Shown here: positions 9,688 through 18,927 of the stretch, piece after piece
How positions within the stretch are numbered: position 1 is the first letter of the stretch
Layout: every line of letters begins with the position of its first letter
Origin: an uncultured Ectothiorhodospiraceae bacterium
GTDB taxonomy: Bacteria; Pseudomonadota; Gammaproteobacteria; XJ16; Halofilaceae
DNA: 64,000 bases
NCBI GenBank assembly: GCA_964478305.1
Contig: CAYZHJ010000003.1
Coordinates: 4,364 to 68,363, forward strand
Direction: 5' to 3'
The notes under the pieces: model-generated
Database searches by the model: none
The model's input: only the letters and a program-made list of their open reading frames with translations
What the model was told of the DNA's origin: nothing
Made by a program: the position numbers and the translations under genes

Positions 9688-10151
9688 AGAATGAATCTCG
9701 CAGAGTTCGCGGAGAACGCATAGAAGGGAATGGTTGTGGTGGAGGCCGGAACGCGAGCATGGCGTTCCGTCTGGCTCGTGCCTGTCGGCTTCCGGTACCT
9801 TTTGCGGATCATCAGTACCTTGTGTGGCCCGCGCATGGCGAGACCGCTGATGAGCAATGATCACCGACGGCACCGAACGCACCGAAGACACCGAAAGGGC
9901 CGATCGGACTGGACGGGATCGGACCGGTCCACGAGCTCCGCCCGCACCGGCCGTGCGTCGTTCGTTCGCGACTGACGTCGCTCCCACAATCGTCCTTTCA
10001 GTGCATTCGGTGTGTTCGGTGTTCCGCTATTTCCCGGTGCTCCTGAACATCCGGGTGCGGGAGTGAACACCTGCATGAGATGGCGAAGAGCCGCAATTGT
10101 TTTCATTCACGCGAACTCTGCGTACTCTGCGGTCTCTGCGAGATTCATTCT
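9688..10151. repeat. Nested inverted-repeat element A (outer CGCAGAG arms, inner CACCGAA arms, REP copy in the core)
   Basis: 9688-9723 matches the reverse complement of 10116-10151 at 31/36; 9862-9898 pairs with 9994-10026; REP-like GTGGGAGCGACGTCAGTCGCGA on the minus strand at 9966-9987. Confidence 0.85.
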
Positions 10152-10180
10152 TCCAGCGTCTTCGCGGGGCACCATTGCAG

Positions 10181-10993
10181 ATGACCGGATTCTCGCTCCA
10201 CCCTCGCCGGCTGGTACATGCGCTCGACGCGATCGACCGCGAGTGGCTCGATCCGGAACAGCGCGGCTGGCGGCGGCCGGCGGCGGTGCTGGCGGTCGTG
10301 GCCGTCTGTCTGCTCGGCATTCACTACCTCAAGTTCCACACGACGCTGCGCGAGCTGCTGCAATGGTTCACGGGTCCGGGGGAGGCGTTGCTGCTGCTGC
10401 GCGGTACCCGGGGACCGCTGCTGACCGAGCTCTGGTGGGGCCTGGTCCATCTTGCCGGCTATGTCGTGCTGCCGATCCTGTTCCTGCGTCGCGTCCTGTG
10501 CCTGCGCGCCGTCGATGTCGGTCTGCGCTGGGGGGACACGACGCGATGGCTGGGTTGGTATGCGCTGCTCGCGGCACCGATCGTGGGCTTCGCCTTCCTC
10601 GCCAGCCATGCAGACGATTTCACGCGCACCTATCCGTTCTACGTGTATGCCGGCAGGAGCTGGAGCGACCTGATTGCCTGGGAACTGATCTACCTCTCGC
10701 AGTTCGTGTTCCTGGAGTTCTTCTTCCGCGGCTTCATGCTCGAGACACTGGCGCCGCGGCTGGGGGCGAGCAGCATCTTCGTCATGGCCGTGCCGTACAT
10801 GATGATCCACTTCGCCAAGCCCTGGCCGGAGGCTTTCGGCGCAGTCTTCTTCGGCATCCTGCTCGGCGTTCTGGCCCTGCGTTCGCGCTCGATCTGGGGC
10901 GGCGCGCTGGTGCACATGACCATCGCCCTGGCGATGGATCTGATGAGCCTGTGGCAGACGGGACGCTGGCCGGGGCAGTGGTGGGCCGGCTAG
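10181..10993 (+). CDS. CPBP (CAAX protease/Abi) family intramembrane glutamic endopeptidase
   Basis: Multiple TM helices; 'LEFFFRG', 'IHFAKPWPE' and 'SIWGGALVH' motifs. Confidence 0.85.
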   Translation: MTGFSLHPRRLVHALDAIDREWLDPEQRGWRRPAAVLAVVAVCLLGIHYLKFHTTLRELLQWFTGPGEALLLLRGTRGPLLTELWWGLVHLAGYVVLPILFLRRVLCLRAVDVGLRWGDTTRWLGWYALLAAPIVGFAFLASHADDFTRTYPFYVYAGRSWSDLIAWELIYLSQFVFLEFFFRGFMLETLAPRLGASSIFVMAVPYMMIHFAKPWPEAFGAVFFGILLGVLALRSRSIWGGALVHMTIALAMDLMSLWQTGRWPGQWWAG

Positions 10994-11146
10994 CGAAGGT
11001 GGCAGTCAGCAGATGGCAGGAAGGATTGCGGGCGGGAATGCGGTGACAGTGTGAAACGAAAGATGCAGGAGCCCGCTCCTGCAGCCTCGATTCCATGCTT
11101 GCACGATTACTCGGCCCCGCTATCCTCTTTCTGCCATCGTCCCAAC

Positions 11147-12466
11147 CTACAGTTCCTTCACGAACACCTTCGAGTTGCGCTGCCAGTTGTAGAGGCCGCG
11201 ACGTTCGTCGGGCAGGGCGTCCACGTCCGCGGGCTCGTAGCCGCGTTCGCGGAACCAGTGCATGGTGCGGGCGGAGAGCACGAACACCCGTTCCAGCCCC
11301 CGGCGGGCCGCTTCCTGCTCCAGCCATTCGAGCACCTGGTGGCCGCGGCCACCGTTGCGATAGGCGGGGTCGATGGCGACGCAGGCGATCTCGGCACTGC
11401 TGCCGTCGGGTTGCGGGTAGAGGGCGCCGCAGCCGATGATGGCGCCGTCGCGCTCGATCACCACGAAATGATCCGCTTCCAGCTCGAGCTGCTCGCGCGA
11501 GCGCCGCACCAGCGAGCCCTCGTCCTCCAGCGGCGCGAGCAGCTCGAGGATGCCGGGGATGTCGTCGAAGCGGGCGGCCCGCAGGCCCTCGTAGGTCTCC
11601 GCCGTGATCATCGTGCCGCTGCCGTCGCGGGTGTAGAGCTCGGCCAGCAGGGCCCCGTCGGTGCGGGCGATCAGATGCACCCGGCGCACGCCGCGTCGCA
11701 CCGCAACAGCGGCGCTGTGCAGATGGCGCCGGGTCTCGTCGTCGGCGTCCGGGTGCTGCTGCAGCCATTGCTCTGCGGCGGCCGGGGAGAGCTGGTTGAC
11801 CACGTCCTCGTCATTGTCGGCGACACCGGCGCGTTCCATCAGGAACAGCAGCTTGTCCGCGCCCAGGGCAATCGCGGTCTCGGTGGCGACGTCCTCGGCA
11901 TGCAGGTTGAAGATCTCGCCGGTGGCCGAGTAACCCAGCGGCGACAGCAGCACGATGCTGCCCGCGTCGAGGGCGGCGGAGATCGCCGCCGAGTCGACTC
12001 GCCGGACCACGCCGGTGTGCTGGAAATCAATGCCGTCGTGCACGCCCCAGGGACGCGCCGTGACATGGTTGCCGCCAACGACGCGGATACCGGCGCCGGC
12101 CATGGGCGTGTCCGGCAGGCCGGTCGACAGCATCGACTCGACGGTGAAGCGGACATGCCCCGTCGCCTCGCACACCAGTGGCAGGGCCTCGCCGTCGGTG
12201 ATGCGCAGGCCGGCGTGATAGCACGGCTCGATGCCGGCCGCGCCGAGTCGCCGCTCGATCTGCGGGCGTGCGCCGTGCACGAGCACGAGCCGGATGCCGA
12301 GCCGGGCCAGCAGGGCGATGTCGTGGATCAGGCCGGCAAAGCCGGCCTCGCCGACCGCCTCGCCGCCGAAGGCGAGCACGAACGTGCGTCCGCGATGCGC
12401 CGCGATGTAGGGTGACGCGTTGCGGAACCAGGCGAGGTGACCGTGCGGGTCGGCAGTTTCGTTCAT
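11147..12466 (-). CDS. argA: Amino-acid N-acetyltransferase (N-acetylglutamate synthase)
   Basis: 'WFRNASPYIAAHRGRTFV', 'LVHGARPQI', C-terminal GNAT domain, 'LYNWQRNSKVFVK'. Confidence 0.96.
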   Translation of the reverse strand: MNETADPHGHLAWFRNASPYIAAHRGRTFVLAFGGEAVGEAGFAGLIHDIALLARLGIRLVLVHGARPQIERRLGAAGIEPCYHAGLRITDGEALPLVCEATGHVRFTVESMLSTGLPDTPMAGAGIRVVGGNHVTARPWGVHDGIDFQHTGVVRRVDSAAISAALDAGSIVLLSPLGYSATGEIFNLHAEDVATETAIALGADKLLFLMERAGVADNDEDVVNQLSPAAAEQWLQQHPDADDETRRHLHSAAVAVRRGVRRVHLIARTDGALLAELYTRDGSGTMITAETYEGLRAARFDDIPGILELLAPLEDEGSLVRRSREQLELEADHFVVIERDGAIIGCGALYPQPDGSSAEIACVAIDPAYRNGGRGHQVLEWLEQEAARRGLERVFVLSARTMHWFRERGYEPADVDALPDERRGLYNWQRNSKVFVKEL

Positions 12467-12631
12467 CGTGCGTCGGGGTCGGTGAAAGCAGGGGCGGCAT
12501 TGTACCCGATCAGGGGACGGGATCACCGACGCGCAAATCCGGGATGCCGGGCCAGCGTCTCCGCCCGGGCACCGTCGCCGATCAGCAGCAGCACCGGGAA
12601 CAGCGCCACCGGCTGGCGGCGCATCGGTGAT

Positions 12632-13810
12632 CTATACCGCCTCGCGGCCGGCCGCGGACTGGACGCAGAAGCGCTCGATCAGGCCGCTCAGGATCTCGAC
12701 CGTCGGTTGCAGGTAGTCGAGCGCGACGTACTCGTCGGGCTGGTGCGCCTGCGAGATGCTGCCGGGTCCGAGGATGACCACGTCCATGCCGGCCTGCTGG
12801 TAGAACGCGGCCTCGGTGCCGAAGGCGACCGCCCGGGCCGGCTCCCCGGTCAGCTCCTCGGCGGCCCGCACGATCGGCGCGTCGGCCGGCGTCTCCGCCG
12901 GCGGCGTGCCCTCGAACAGGGTCTCGAAGCTCAGCTCCAGGCCGGTGCCGGCAACGGCCTCCTGCACCCATTCGTGGACCCGGGCGCGTTCGGTTTCGAT
13001 GTCCATGCCCGGCAGCAGTCGCAGGTCGTAGGACAGCTCGCATTCGCCGCAGATGCGGTTGGGATTGTCGCCGCCGTGGATCTGGCCGAGGTTGAGGGTC
13101 GGGACGGGGATGCGGAACTCGGGGTTGCGATACTCTGCCTGCAGCCACTTGCGCAGCTCCAGCAGGGCGCCCATGACGTGGTACATGCCCTCGAGTGCGC
13201 TGTTGCCGTAACCCGGATCGCTCGAATGCCCCGAGCAGCCGACCAGCCGCGCACGTTCCATGAAGATGCCCTTGTGCATGCGCACCGGCTTGAGCGTGGT
13301 CGGCTCGCCGATCACCGCGGCATCGGCCTGCAGGCCCTCGTCGATCAGCGCCCGCGCACCCGACATGGTCGTCTCCTCGTCGGCGGTGACCACCAGGTGC
13401 AGCGGCTGCGCCAGCCGGCGGTCGGCGAACTGCCGCCCGGCCTCCAGCGCCAGCGCGAGGAAGGATTTCATGTCGCAGCTGCCGAGGCCGTACAGGCGGC
13501 CATCGTGCTCGGTGGCCTCGAACGGGTCGAAGGTCCAGCGGTTGGCATCCCAGGGCACGGTGTCGGCATGGCCGCCGAGCACCAGGCCGCCGGGGCCGTC
13601 GCCGAGCGTGGCGATCAGGTTGTACTTGCCCGGATGGTCCGGCACGCCGCAGACGCGCACCGAGAATCCGCAGGCCTCGGCCCACTCGGCCATCAGGTCG
13701 ATCACCGCACGATTGCTGGTGTCGAGCTGTGGATCGCCGCGGCTGCTGACCGTCGGCTGGGCGATCAGCTGGGCGATCATGCTGCGCAGGTCGGGGCAGG
13801 AAGCGTTCAT
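12632..13810 (-). CDS. argE: Acetylornithine deacetylase
   Basis: M20 motifs 'GHADTVP', 'GLGSCDMK', 'ADEET', 'GPGSISQAHQPDEY'; adjacent to argA. Confidence 0.94.
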   Translation of the reverse strand: MNASCPDLRSMIAQLIAQPTVSSRGDPQLDTSNRAVIDLMAEWAEACGFSVRVCGVPDHPGKYNLIATLGDGPGGLVLGGHADTVPWDANRWTFDPFEATEHDGRLYGLGSCDMKSFLALALEAGRQFADRRLAQPLHLVVTADEETTMSGARALIDEGLQADAAVIGEPTTLKPVRMHKGIFMERARLVGCSGHSSDPGYGNSALEGMYHVMGALLELRKWLQAEYRNPEFRIPVPTLNLGQIHGGDNPNRICGECELSYDLRLLPGMDIETERARVHEWVQEAVAGTGLELSFETLFEGTPPAETPADAPIVRAAEELTGEPARAVAFGTEAAFYQQAGMDVVILGPGSISQAHQPDEYVALDYLQPTVEILSGLIERFCVQSAAGREAV

Positions 13811-13817
13811 GTCGTGG

Positions 13818-15527
13818 TCAATCGCTGTCGGTGATCGCGCCGAGCGAGGCGGGGGCGACCAGCTTCGCATACTTGGCGAGCACGCCGCGCCGGTATTTCG
13901 GCTTCGGCGGGGTCCATTCCTTCAGGCGCCGCCGCAGTTCCTTCTGCGTGATCTCCAGCTTGATCTCGTCGGCCTCGGCATCGATCGTGATCGTGTCGCC
14001 ATTCTGCACCACCGCGATCGGCCCGCCGACCGCGGCCTCGGGCGTGATGTGCCCGACCACGAAGCCGTGGCTGCCGCCGGAGAAGCGGCCGTCGGTGATC
14101 AACGCCACGTCGTTGCCCAGTCCGCGGCCCATGATGGCAGAGGTGGGCGACAGCATCTCGCGCATGCCGGGACCACCGACCGGGCCCTCGTCACGGATGA
14201 CCACGACATCGCCCGCCTTCACCTTGCCGTCGAGGATGCCGCGCAGGGCCTTCTCCTCGGAGCGGTACACCTTCGCCCGGCCGGAGAATCGCGTGCCCTC
14301 CTTGCCGGTGATCTTGGCGACCGCGCCGTCGGGCGCGAGATTGCCGTACAGGATGCGCAGGTGGCTGTCCTTCTTGAAGGCACGGTGGAAGGGCATGACG
14401 ATCTCCTGGCCCTTCGGGTAGGGTTTCACGCCCCGCAGGTTCTGCTTCAGTGTCTTTCCCGTCACCGTCAGGCAGTCGCCGTGCAGCAGGCCGCGGTCGA
14501 GCAGCATCTTCATCAGCGGGGCGATGCCGCCGATGCGGATGAGGTCGGACATCATGAAGCGCCCGCTCGGTCGCAGGTCGCCGAGCACGGGAACCTTGCG
14601 CCCGATGCGCGTGAAGTCGTCGATCTTCAGCTTCACGCCGGCGGCGTGTGCCATCGCCAGCAGGTGCAGCACCGCGTTGGTCGATCCACCCAGCGCGATG
14701 ACCACGGTGATGGCGTTCTCGAACGCCTTCTTCGTCATGATGTCGCGCGGGCGGATGTCGTTGGCGAGCAGATCGAGCACGGCGGCGCCGGCGCGCTCGC
14801 ACTCGGCCGCCTTGTCGTCGGCGATCGCTGCCCGTGCCGAGCTCTCCGGCAGGCTCATGCCGAGCGCCTCGATCGCCGAGGCCATGGTGTTGGCGGTGTA
14901 CATGCCCCCGCACGAGCCCGCGCCGGGGATGGCGCATTTCTCGACGGCGAGGCGCTCGTCGGCGCTGATCTGGCCCTTGGCCTCCTGGCCCACCGACTCG
15001 AACACGGAGACGATGTCGACGTCGCGGTCCTTGTAGCAGCCCGGCATGATGGTGCCGCCGTAGACGAACAGCCCCGGCCGGTTCAGGCGCGCCAGGCCGA
15101 TCAGGCAGCCGGGCATGTTCTTGTCGCAGCCGCCGATCGCGACCAGCCCGTCGAAGCCCTCGCAGCCCGCGACCGTCTCGATCGAGTCGGCGATGACCTC
15201 GCGCGAGACCAGCGAGTATTTCATGCCCTCGGTGCCCATCGAGATGCCGTCGGACACCGAGATGGTGTTGAACAGCACGCCCTTGCCGCCGGCATCGTCG
15301 GCACCGGCCACCGCCTCGTCGGCGAGCCGATTGATGTGCATGTTGCAGGGGGTCATCATGCCCCAGGTCGAGGCGACGCCGATCTGCGGCTTGGCGAAGT
15401 CGTCCTCGGAAAAGCCCACCGCGCGCAGCATGGCGCGGCTGGCGGCGCGCTCCGGGCCGTCGACCACGCGCGCCGAGTGGGCGCGGGTATCGACCTTCGG
15501 TTTTCGGGATCCGGTCTTCTGGGACAT
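13818..15527 (-). CDS. ilvD: Dihydroxy-acid dehydratase
   Basis: 'TPCNMH', 'GGCDKNMPG', '[10 protein letters not shown]', 'GPGMREML', 'LITDGRFSG'. Confidence 0.97.
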   Translation of the reverse strand: MSQKTGSRKPKVDTRAHSARVVDGPERAASRAMLRAVGFSEDDFAKPQIGVASTWGMMTPCNMHINRLADEAVAGADDAGGKGVLFNTISVSDGISMGTEGMKYSLVSREVIADSIETVAGCEGFDGLVAIGGCDKNMPGCLIGLARLNRPGLFVYGGTIMPGCYKDRDVDIVSVFESVGQEAKGQISADERLAVEKCAIPGAGSCGGMYTANTMASAIEALGMSLPESSARAAIADDKAAECERAGAAVLDLLANDIRPRDIMTKKAFENAITVVIALGGSTNAVLHLLAMAHAAGVKLKIDDFTRIGRKVPVLGDLRPSGRFMMSDLIRIGGIAPLMKMLLDRGLLHGDCLTVTGKTLKQNLRGVKPYPKGQEIVMPFHRAFKKDSHLRILYGNLAPDGAVAKITGKEGTRFSGRAKVYRSEEKALRGILDGKVKAGDVVVIRDEGPVGGPGMREMLSPTSAIMGRGLGNDVALITDGRFSGGSHGFVVGHITPEAAVGGPIAVVQNGDTITIDAEADEIKLEITQKELRRRLKEWTPPKPKYRRGVLAKYAKLVAPASLGAITDSD

Positions 15528-15636
15528 GGTTGCGGTGCTCCTGAAGGGGCGACAGAGTGGCGGCAGGCGCCCAAGAATAGCAAACCGCCGACGGTAGTTG
15601 CGGACCGGGTCGACGCGAGCGCCCGCCCGGGAGGAC

Positions 15637-16398
15637 ATGGCAACGATGCTGCAGCCCTGGTTCTATCCATTGCCGCTGGCCTTGCTGGTCATCCTGATCG
15701 GAACCCTCCTGCTGTGGAAGCAACGCCGCATCGCCGGGGTCGCCCTGGTCGGCATGGCCGTCGCCGGCCTGTACCTGCTGTCCACGCCCGCGATCTCGGA
15801 TGCACTGGCCGGGTCGCTGGAACGGCAGTACGGTCCCGTCGCGGTCGATGAACTGCCGCGCACGGATGCCATCGTCGTGCTCGGCGGCGGCGTGCAGCCG
15901 CCGGCACGGCCGCGCAAGGACGCCGATCTCGGTCATGCGGCCGACCGGGTCTGGCACGGCGCGGCGGCATACCGCGCCGGCAGGGCGCCGCTGGTCATCG
16001 TCACCGGTGCCCGGCCCTATGTCGATCGCGGCGAGAGCGCCGCCGAGGCGACCCGGGGCCTGCTGCTGCGACTCGGCGTGCCCGAATCCGCGCTGGCGGT
16101 CCGCGGCGACTCGACCTCGACCCGCGAGGATGCGCTGACGGTGCGCGAGGCCATGGAGCAGCGACGGCTCGAGGACGTGCTGCTGGTGACCTCGGCCCTG
16201 CACATGCCGCGTGCGGTGGCGACCTTCCGGGCGGCCGGGATCCGCGTGTGGCCGGCCGCGACCGACCACGAGGTCGTCGCGCCGGCGCGCCGGGGCATGT
16301 GGGCCTGGCTGCCGTATCACCGGGCGTTCGCCCGCAGCAACCGGGTCTGGCACGAGTATGCCGGCATGCTCTATTACCGCCTGCGCGGCTGGGTCTGA
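15637..16398 (+). CDS. YdcF/ElyC family (DUF218) membrane protein
   Basis: Two N-terminal TM helices; 'AIVVLGGG', 'STSTREDA', '[12 protein letters not shown]', '[13 protein letters not shown]'. Confidence 0.88.
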   Translation: MATMLQPWFYPLPLALLVILIGTLLLWKQRRIAGVALVGMAVAGLYLLSTPAISDALAGSLERQYGPVAVDELPRTDAIVVLGGGVQPPARPRKDADLGHAADRVWHGAAAYRAGRAPLVIVTGARPYVDRGESAAEATRGLLLRLGVPESALAVRGDSTSTREDALTVREAMEQRRLEDVLLVTSALHMPRAVATFRAAGIRVWPAATDHEVVAPARRGMWAWLPYHRAFARSNRVWHEYAGMLYYRLRGWV

Positions 16399-16478
16399 GC
16401 CGCGTTTTCACGCCTTCTGTGCCGGTCCGCTATACTGGACCCGGGCACGCACCGGCCGCGAGACGCGGAACGGGGCAC

Positions 16479-16769
16479 ATGACCAAGAGCGAGATGATCT
16501 CGCGCCTGGCGGCGCGGATGGGCATCACCAAGGCCGAGGCGAAGCGGCTGCTGGAGGCCCAGATCGAGGCGATCAGCCATCATCTGGCGATCGGCGACAC
16601 CGTGGTGCTCCGCGGCCTGGGTACCTTCTCCACGCGCGAAACGTCGCCCCGCCGGGGGCATCGGCCCACCGACGGAGAAACCCTCGAGATTCCGGCACGC
16701 CGGCAGGTCACGTTCCGTCCCAGCGAGGGGCTGCGTGACGCGGTGCAGTCGCGGGAGCCGCCGGCATGA
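16479..16769 (+). CDS. HU/IHF family DNA-binding protein
   Basis: 'MTKSEMISRLA...GDTVVLRGLGTFSTRE...IPARRQVTFRPSEGLRDAV'. Confidence 0.92.
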   Translation: MTKSEMISRLAARMGITKAEAKRLLEAQIEAISHHLAIGDTVVLRGLGTFSTRETSPRRGHRPTDGETLEIPARRQVTFRPSEGLRDAVQSREPPA

Positions 16770-18853
16770 GCCGCCGCCTGTTTCCCGGCCGGCTTGCCGA
16801 CGAGATGGCCGGCGACGATCATCCGCGCGCCGAACGGCTGAAACGGCTCGCGCGCGAACTGGTCGGCGTCGTGCGCGAGGGCCTGATCCGCGACGGTCAG
16901 GTGCGGATCCACGGTTTCGGCACCTTCCGCCTGCGTCCGACCCGCGCCCGCAAGGGCATCAATCCGCGCACCGGCGAACCCATCGACATTCCGGCCCGCT
17001 ACCGGGTCCTGTTCCGTCCGGCGAAGGCCTTGCGGGAGCGAATCGAGCCCGGCGCGGCGCCGGCGGTACCGCTGGCCGAGCCGCATGCCTCGCGCGAGGC
17101 GGTGCTCGGGGGCGTCATGAGCGAGGCCCCGACGGCCGGCGCGGTGCCTGCATCGGACGAAGCCGGCCAGCGACGCGGCTACTTTCCGGATCGCATCGCC
17201 GCCGCCGCCATCAGTGACACGGTGGTGCGGACGACCGGGGAGCCACCGGCCGCCGCTTCCGGTTCGCGCGAGGCCAATCTCGGCGGCACGATGGGCGACA
17301 GTCCGAGCGCCGGCCGGATACCGCCGGTTTCCCCCGTCACCGCCGACGAGTCCCGTCCCGCCATCGACGCCGACGCAGGCGCGACCGCGGCCAACGAGGA
17401 GCACGAGCGCGGCTCGCGCGAAGCCACCCTGGGCGGCCCCGGCGCGGCATCCACGCGCGGCGCCGGTACCCTGCCTGCCGAGGATCTGCCGCCGGAGGCA
17501 CAGGAACCGGACCGGCCCGCGACCGTGCCCGCCACCCGACACGGCCCCGGCCCCCTCGAGTCGGCGCCGGGCGAAGCCGGGCTCGCACTGCCGGGGAGCG
17601 CCTCGCGCGAGGCGGGCCTGTCGGGTGCAGCGACCGCGCCTCCGGCCGGCGGTCTGCCGGACGATGAGGAAGATGCCGGCGATGGGGCTGCCGGCTTCGA
17701 GGCAGGCACACCCGTCCACGAACGCAGGGGGGTCGCTGCCCGGGGGGAAGTCGAATCGGGGGACGGCGGCGAATTTCGCGAGTCGGGCCCGGCCGACGAG
17801 GGCGCCGCCACGGTGACGTCCCGACCGTTCCGGCGGCGGATCGTGATCGAGGATGAACCCGGCCCGGACGTGCCGTCCGAACCCGGACAGGACGAGGCGC
17901 GTACCGATCGCTCCCGCCGGTCGTTGCTCCTGCTGCTGCTGCTCGTACTGCTGATCGCGGCACTGGCGTGGTGGTTCTGGCCCCGCGCCGAAACGCCGCC
18001 GGTCACGCAAACGAGCGACACGGGTGCCGTCGAGGAAACCGAACCGGCCGCTGCGTCGACGGCCCCCGATGCAGGAGACGGCAGCGCGAGCGGAACAGCG
18101 GCCAGCGGGGAAACGACGCCGACGAGTCCGGCCGCGGAGGACACCGCAACCGCCGCCGATGACACGCAAACGGCGACCGTCGACGAGCCGGCGGGCGCCG
18201 GCACGGAGCGGACGGGCACGAGCAGCCGCGATTCCGCCGAGCCCGCGGGGCAGGATGAGGCCATGACGACGGCTGGCGGCGAGGCGGCCGCCCCGGTCCC
18301 CGAGGAGCCCGCTTCCCGGTCCGGGCCGGAGACGGAGGCGATGGCCGGAGAAGAACCCGGGACGGTCGCCGCGCAGGCCCGGGAGGCGCCGGCGGCAGCC
18401 GGGGCCGGCTCTGCCGAAGCCGCGGGAACCGACAAGCCCTGGTTCAGCGGCCACAACTACTCGGTACAGCGAGGCGATACGCTGTGGGGCCTGTCGGACG
18501 ATCACTACGTCAATCCGTACTACTGGCCGCACATCTGGAATCACAACCAGGCAGTGTCCGATCCCGACCGGATCGAGATCGATCAGCAGTTGTGGCTGCC
18601 CACCCTGCAGGGTGAACCGCGGTCGCTGACCGCCGCCGATCGCCGCAGCATTGCCGAGGGCTATCTGCGACTGTATCGCCTGTGGACGGAGACCGGCGCC
18701 GCCAATCCACAGTACGCTCTGGTCGGCGTACGCTACTTCGACCCCGAGGTCATGCCGCCGGAGCTCCGCAACGATCCGTCGGCGGGGCGGCCGGACGACA
18801 CGCTGGCGGCTGCGTTCGAGGCCCACTTGCAGGCCGCGTTCCCGCGCCGGTAG
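16766..18853 (+). CDS. HU domain - low-complexity linker - TM helix - linker - LysM fusion protein
   Basis: N-terminal 'GQVRIHGFGTFRLRPTRARKGINPRTGEPIDIPARYRVLFRPAKALRERI'; hydrophobic helix at about 17921-17980; LysM 'YSVQRGDTLWGLSDDHYVNPYYWPHIWNHN...PDRIEIDQQLWLP'. Confidence 0.88.
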   Translation: MSRRLFPGRLADEMAGDDHPRAERLKRLARELVGVVREGLIRDGQVRIHGFGTFRLRPTRARKGINPRTGEPIDIPARYRVLFRPAKALRERIEPGAAPAVPLAEPHASREAVLGGVMSEAPTAGAVPASDEAGQRRGYFPDRIAAAAISDTVVRTTGEPPAAASGSREANLGGTMGDSPSAGRIPPVSPVTADESRPAIDADAGATAANEEHERGSREATLGGPGAASTRGAGTLPAEDLPPEAQEPDRPATVPATRHGPGPLESAPGEAGLALPGSASREAGLSGAATAPPAGGLPDDEEDAGDGAAGFEAGTPVHERRGVAARGEVESGDGGEFRESGPADEGAATVTSRPFRRRIVIEDEPGPDVPSEPGQDEARTDRSRRSLLLLLLLVLLIAALAWWFWPRAETPPVTQTSDTGAVEETEPAAASTAPDAGDGSASGTAASGETTPTSPAAEDTATAADDTQTATVDEPAGAGTERTGTSSRDSAEPAGQDEAMTTAGGEAAAPVPEEPASRSGPETEAMAGEEPGTVAAQAREAPAAAGAGSAEAAGTDKPWFSGHNYSVQRGDTLWGLSDDHYVNPYYWPHIWNHNQAVSDPDRIEIDQQLWLPTLQGEPRSLTAADRRSIAEGYLRLYRLWTETGAANPQYALVGVRYFDPEVMPPELRNDPSAGRPDDTLAAAFEAHLQAAFPRR

Positions 18854-18927
18854 ATCCTGTACGGCGATTCCGGGTTGGCGCATCTCTGGTAGCATCGCGG
18901 GGCCCGAGTCGGCCCCGCGGTACCGCG

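Noticed and set aside
12521..12632. 14-bp inverted repeat (GATCACCGAYGCGC) flanking about 85 bp between argE and argA
   Set aside because: Single, short and non-periodic; cannot be told from chance or an ordinary mRNA stem without a genome-wide search.
18896..18919. GC hairpin between the HU-LysM gene and pabB
   Set aside because: No U-tract, so not called as a terminator.
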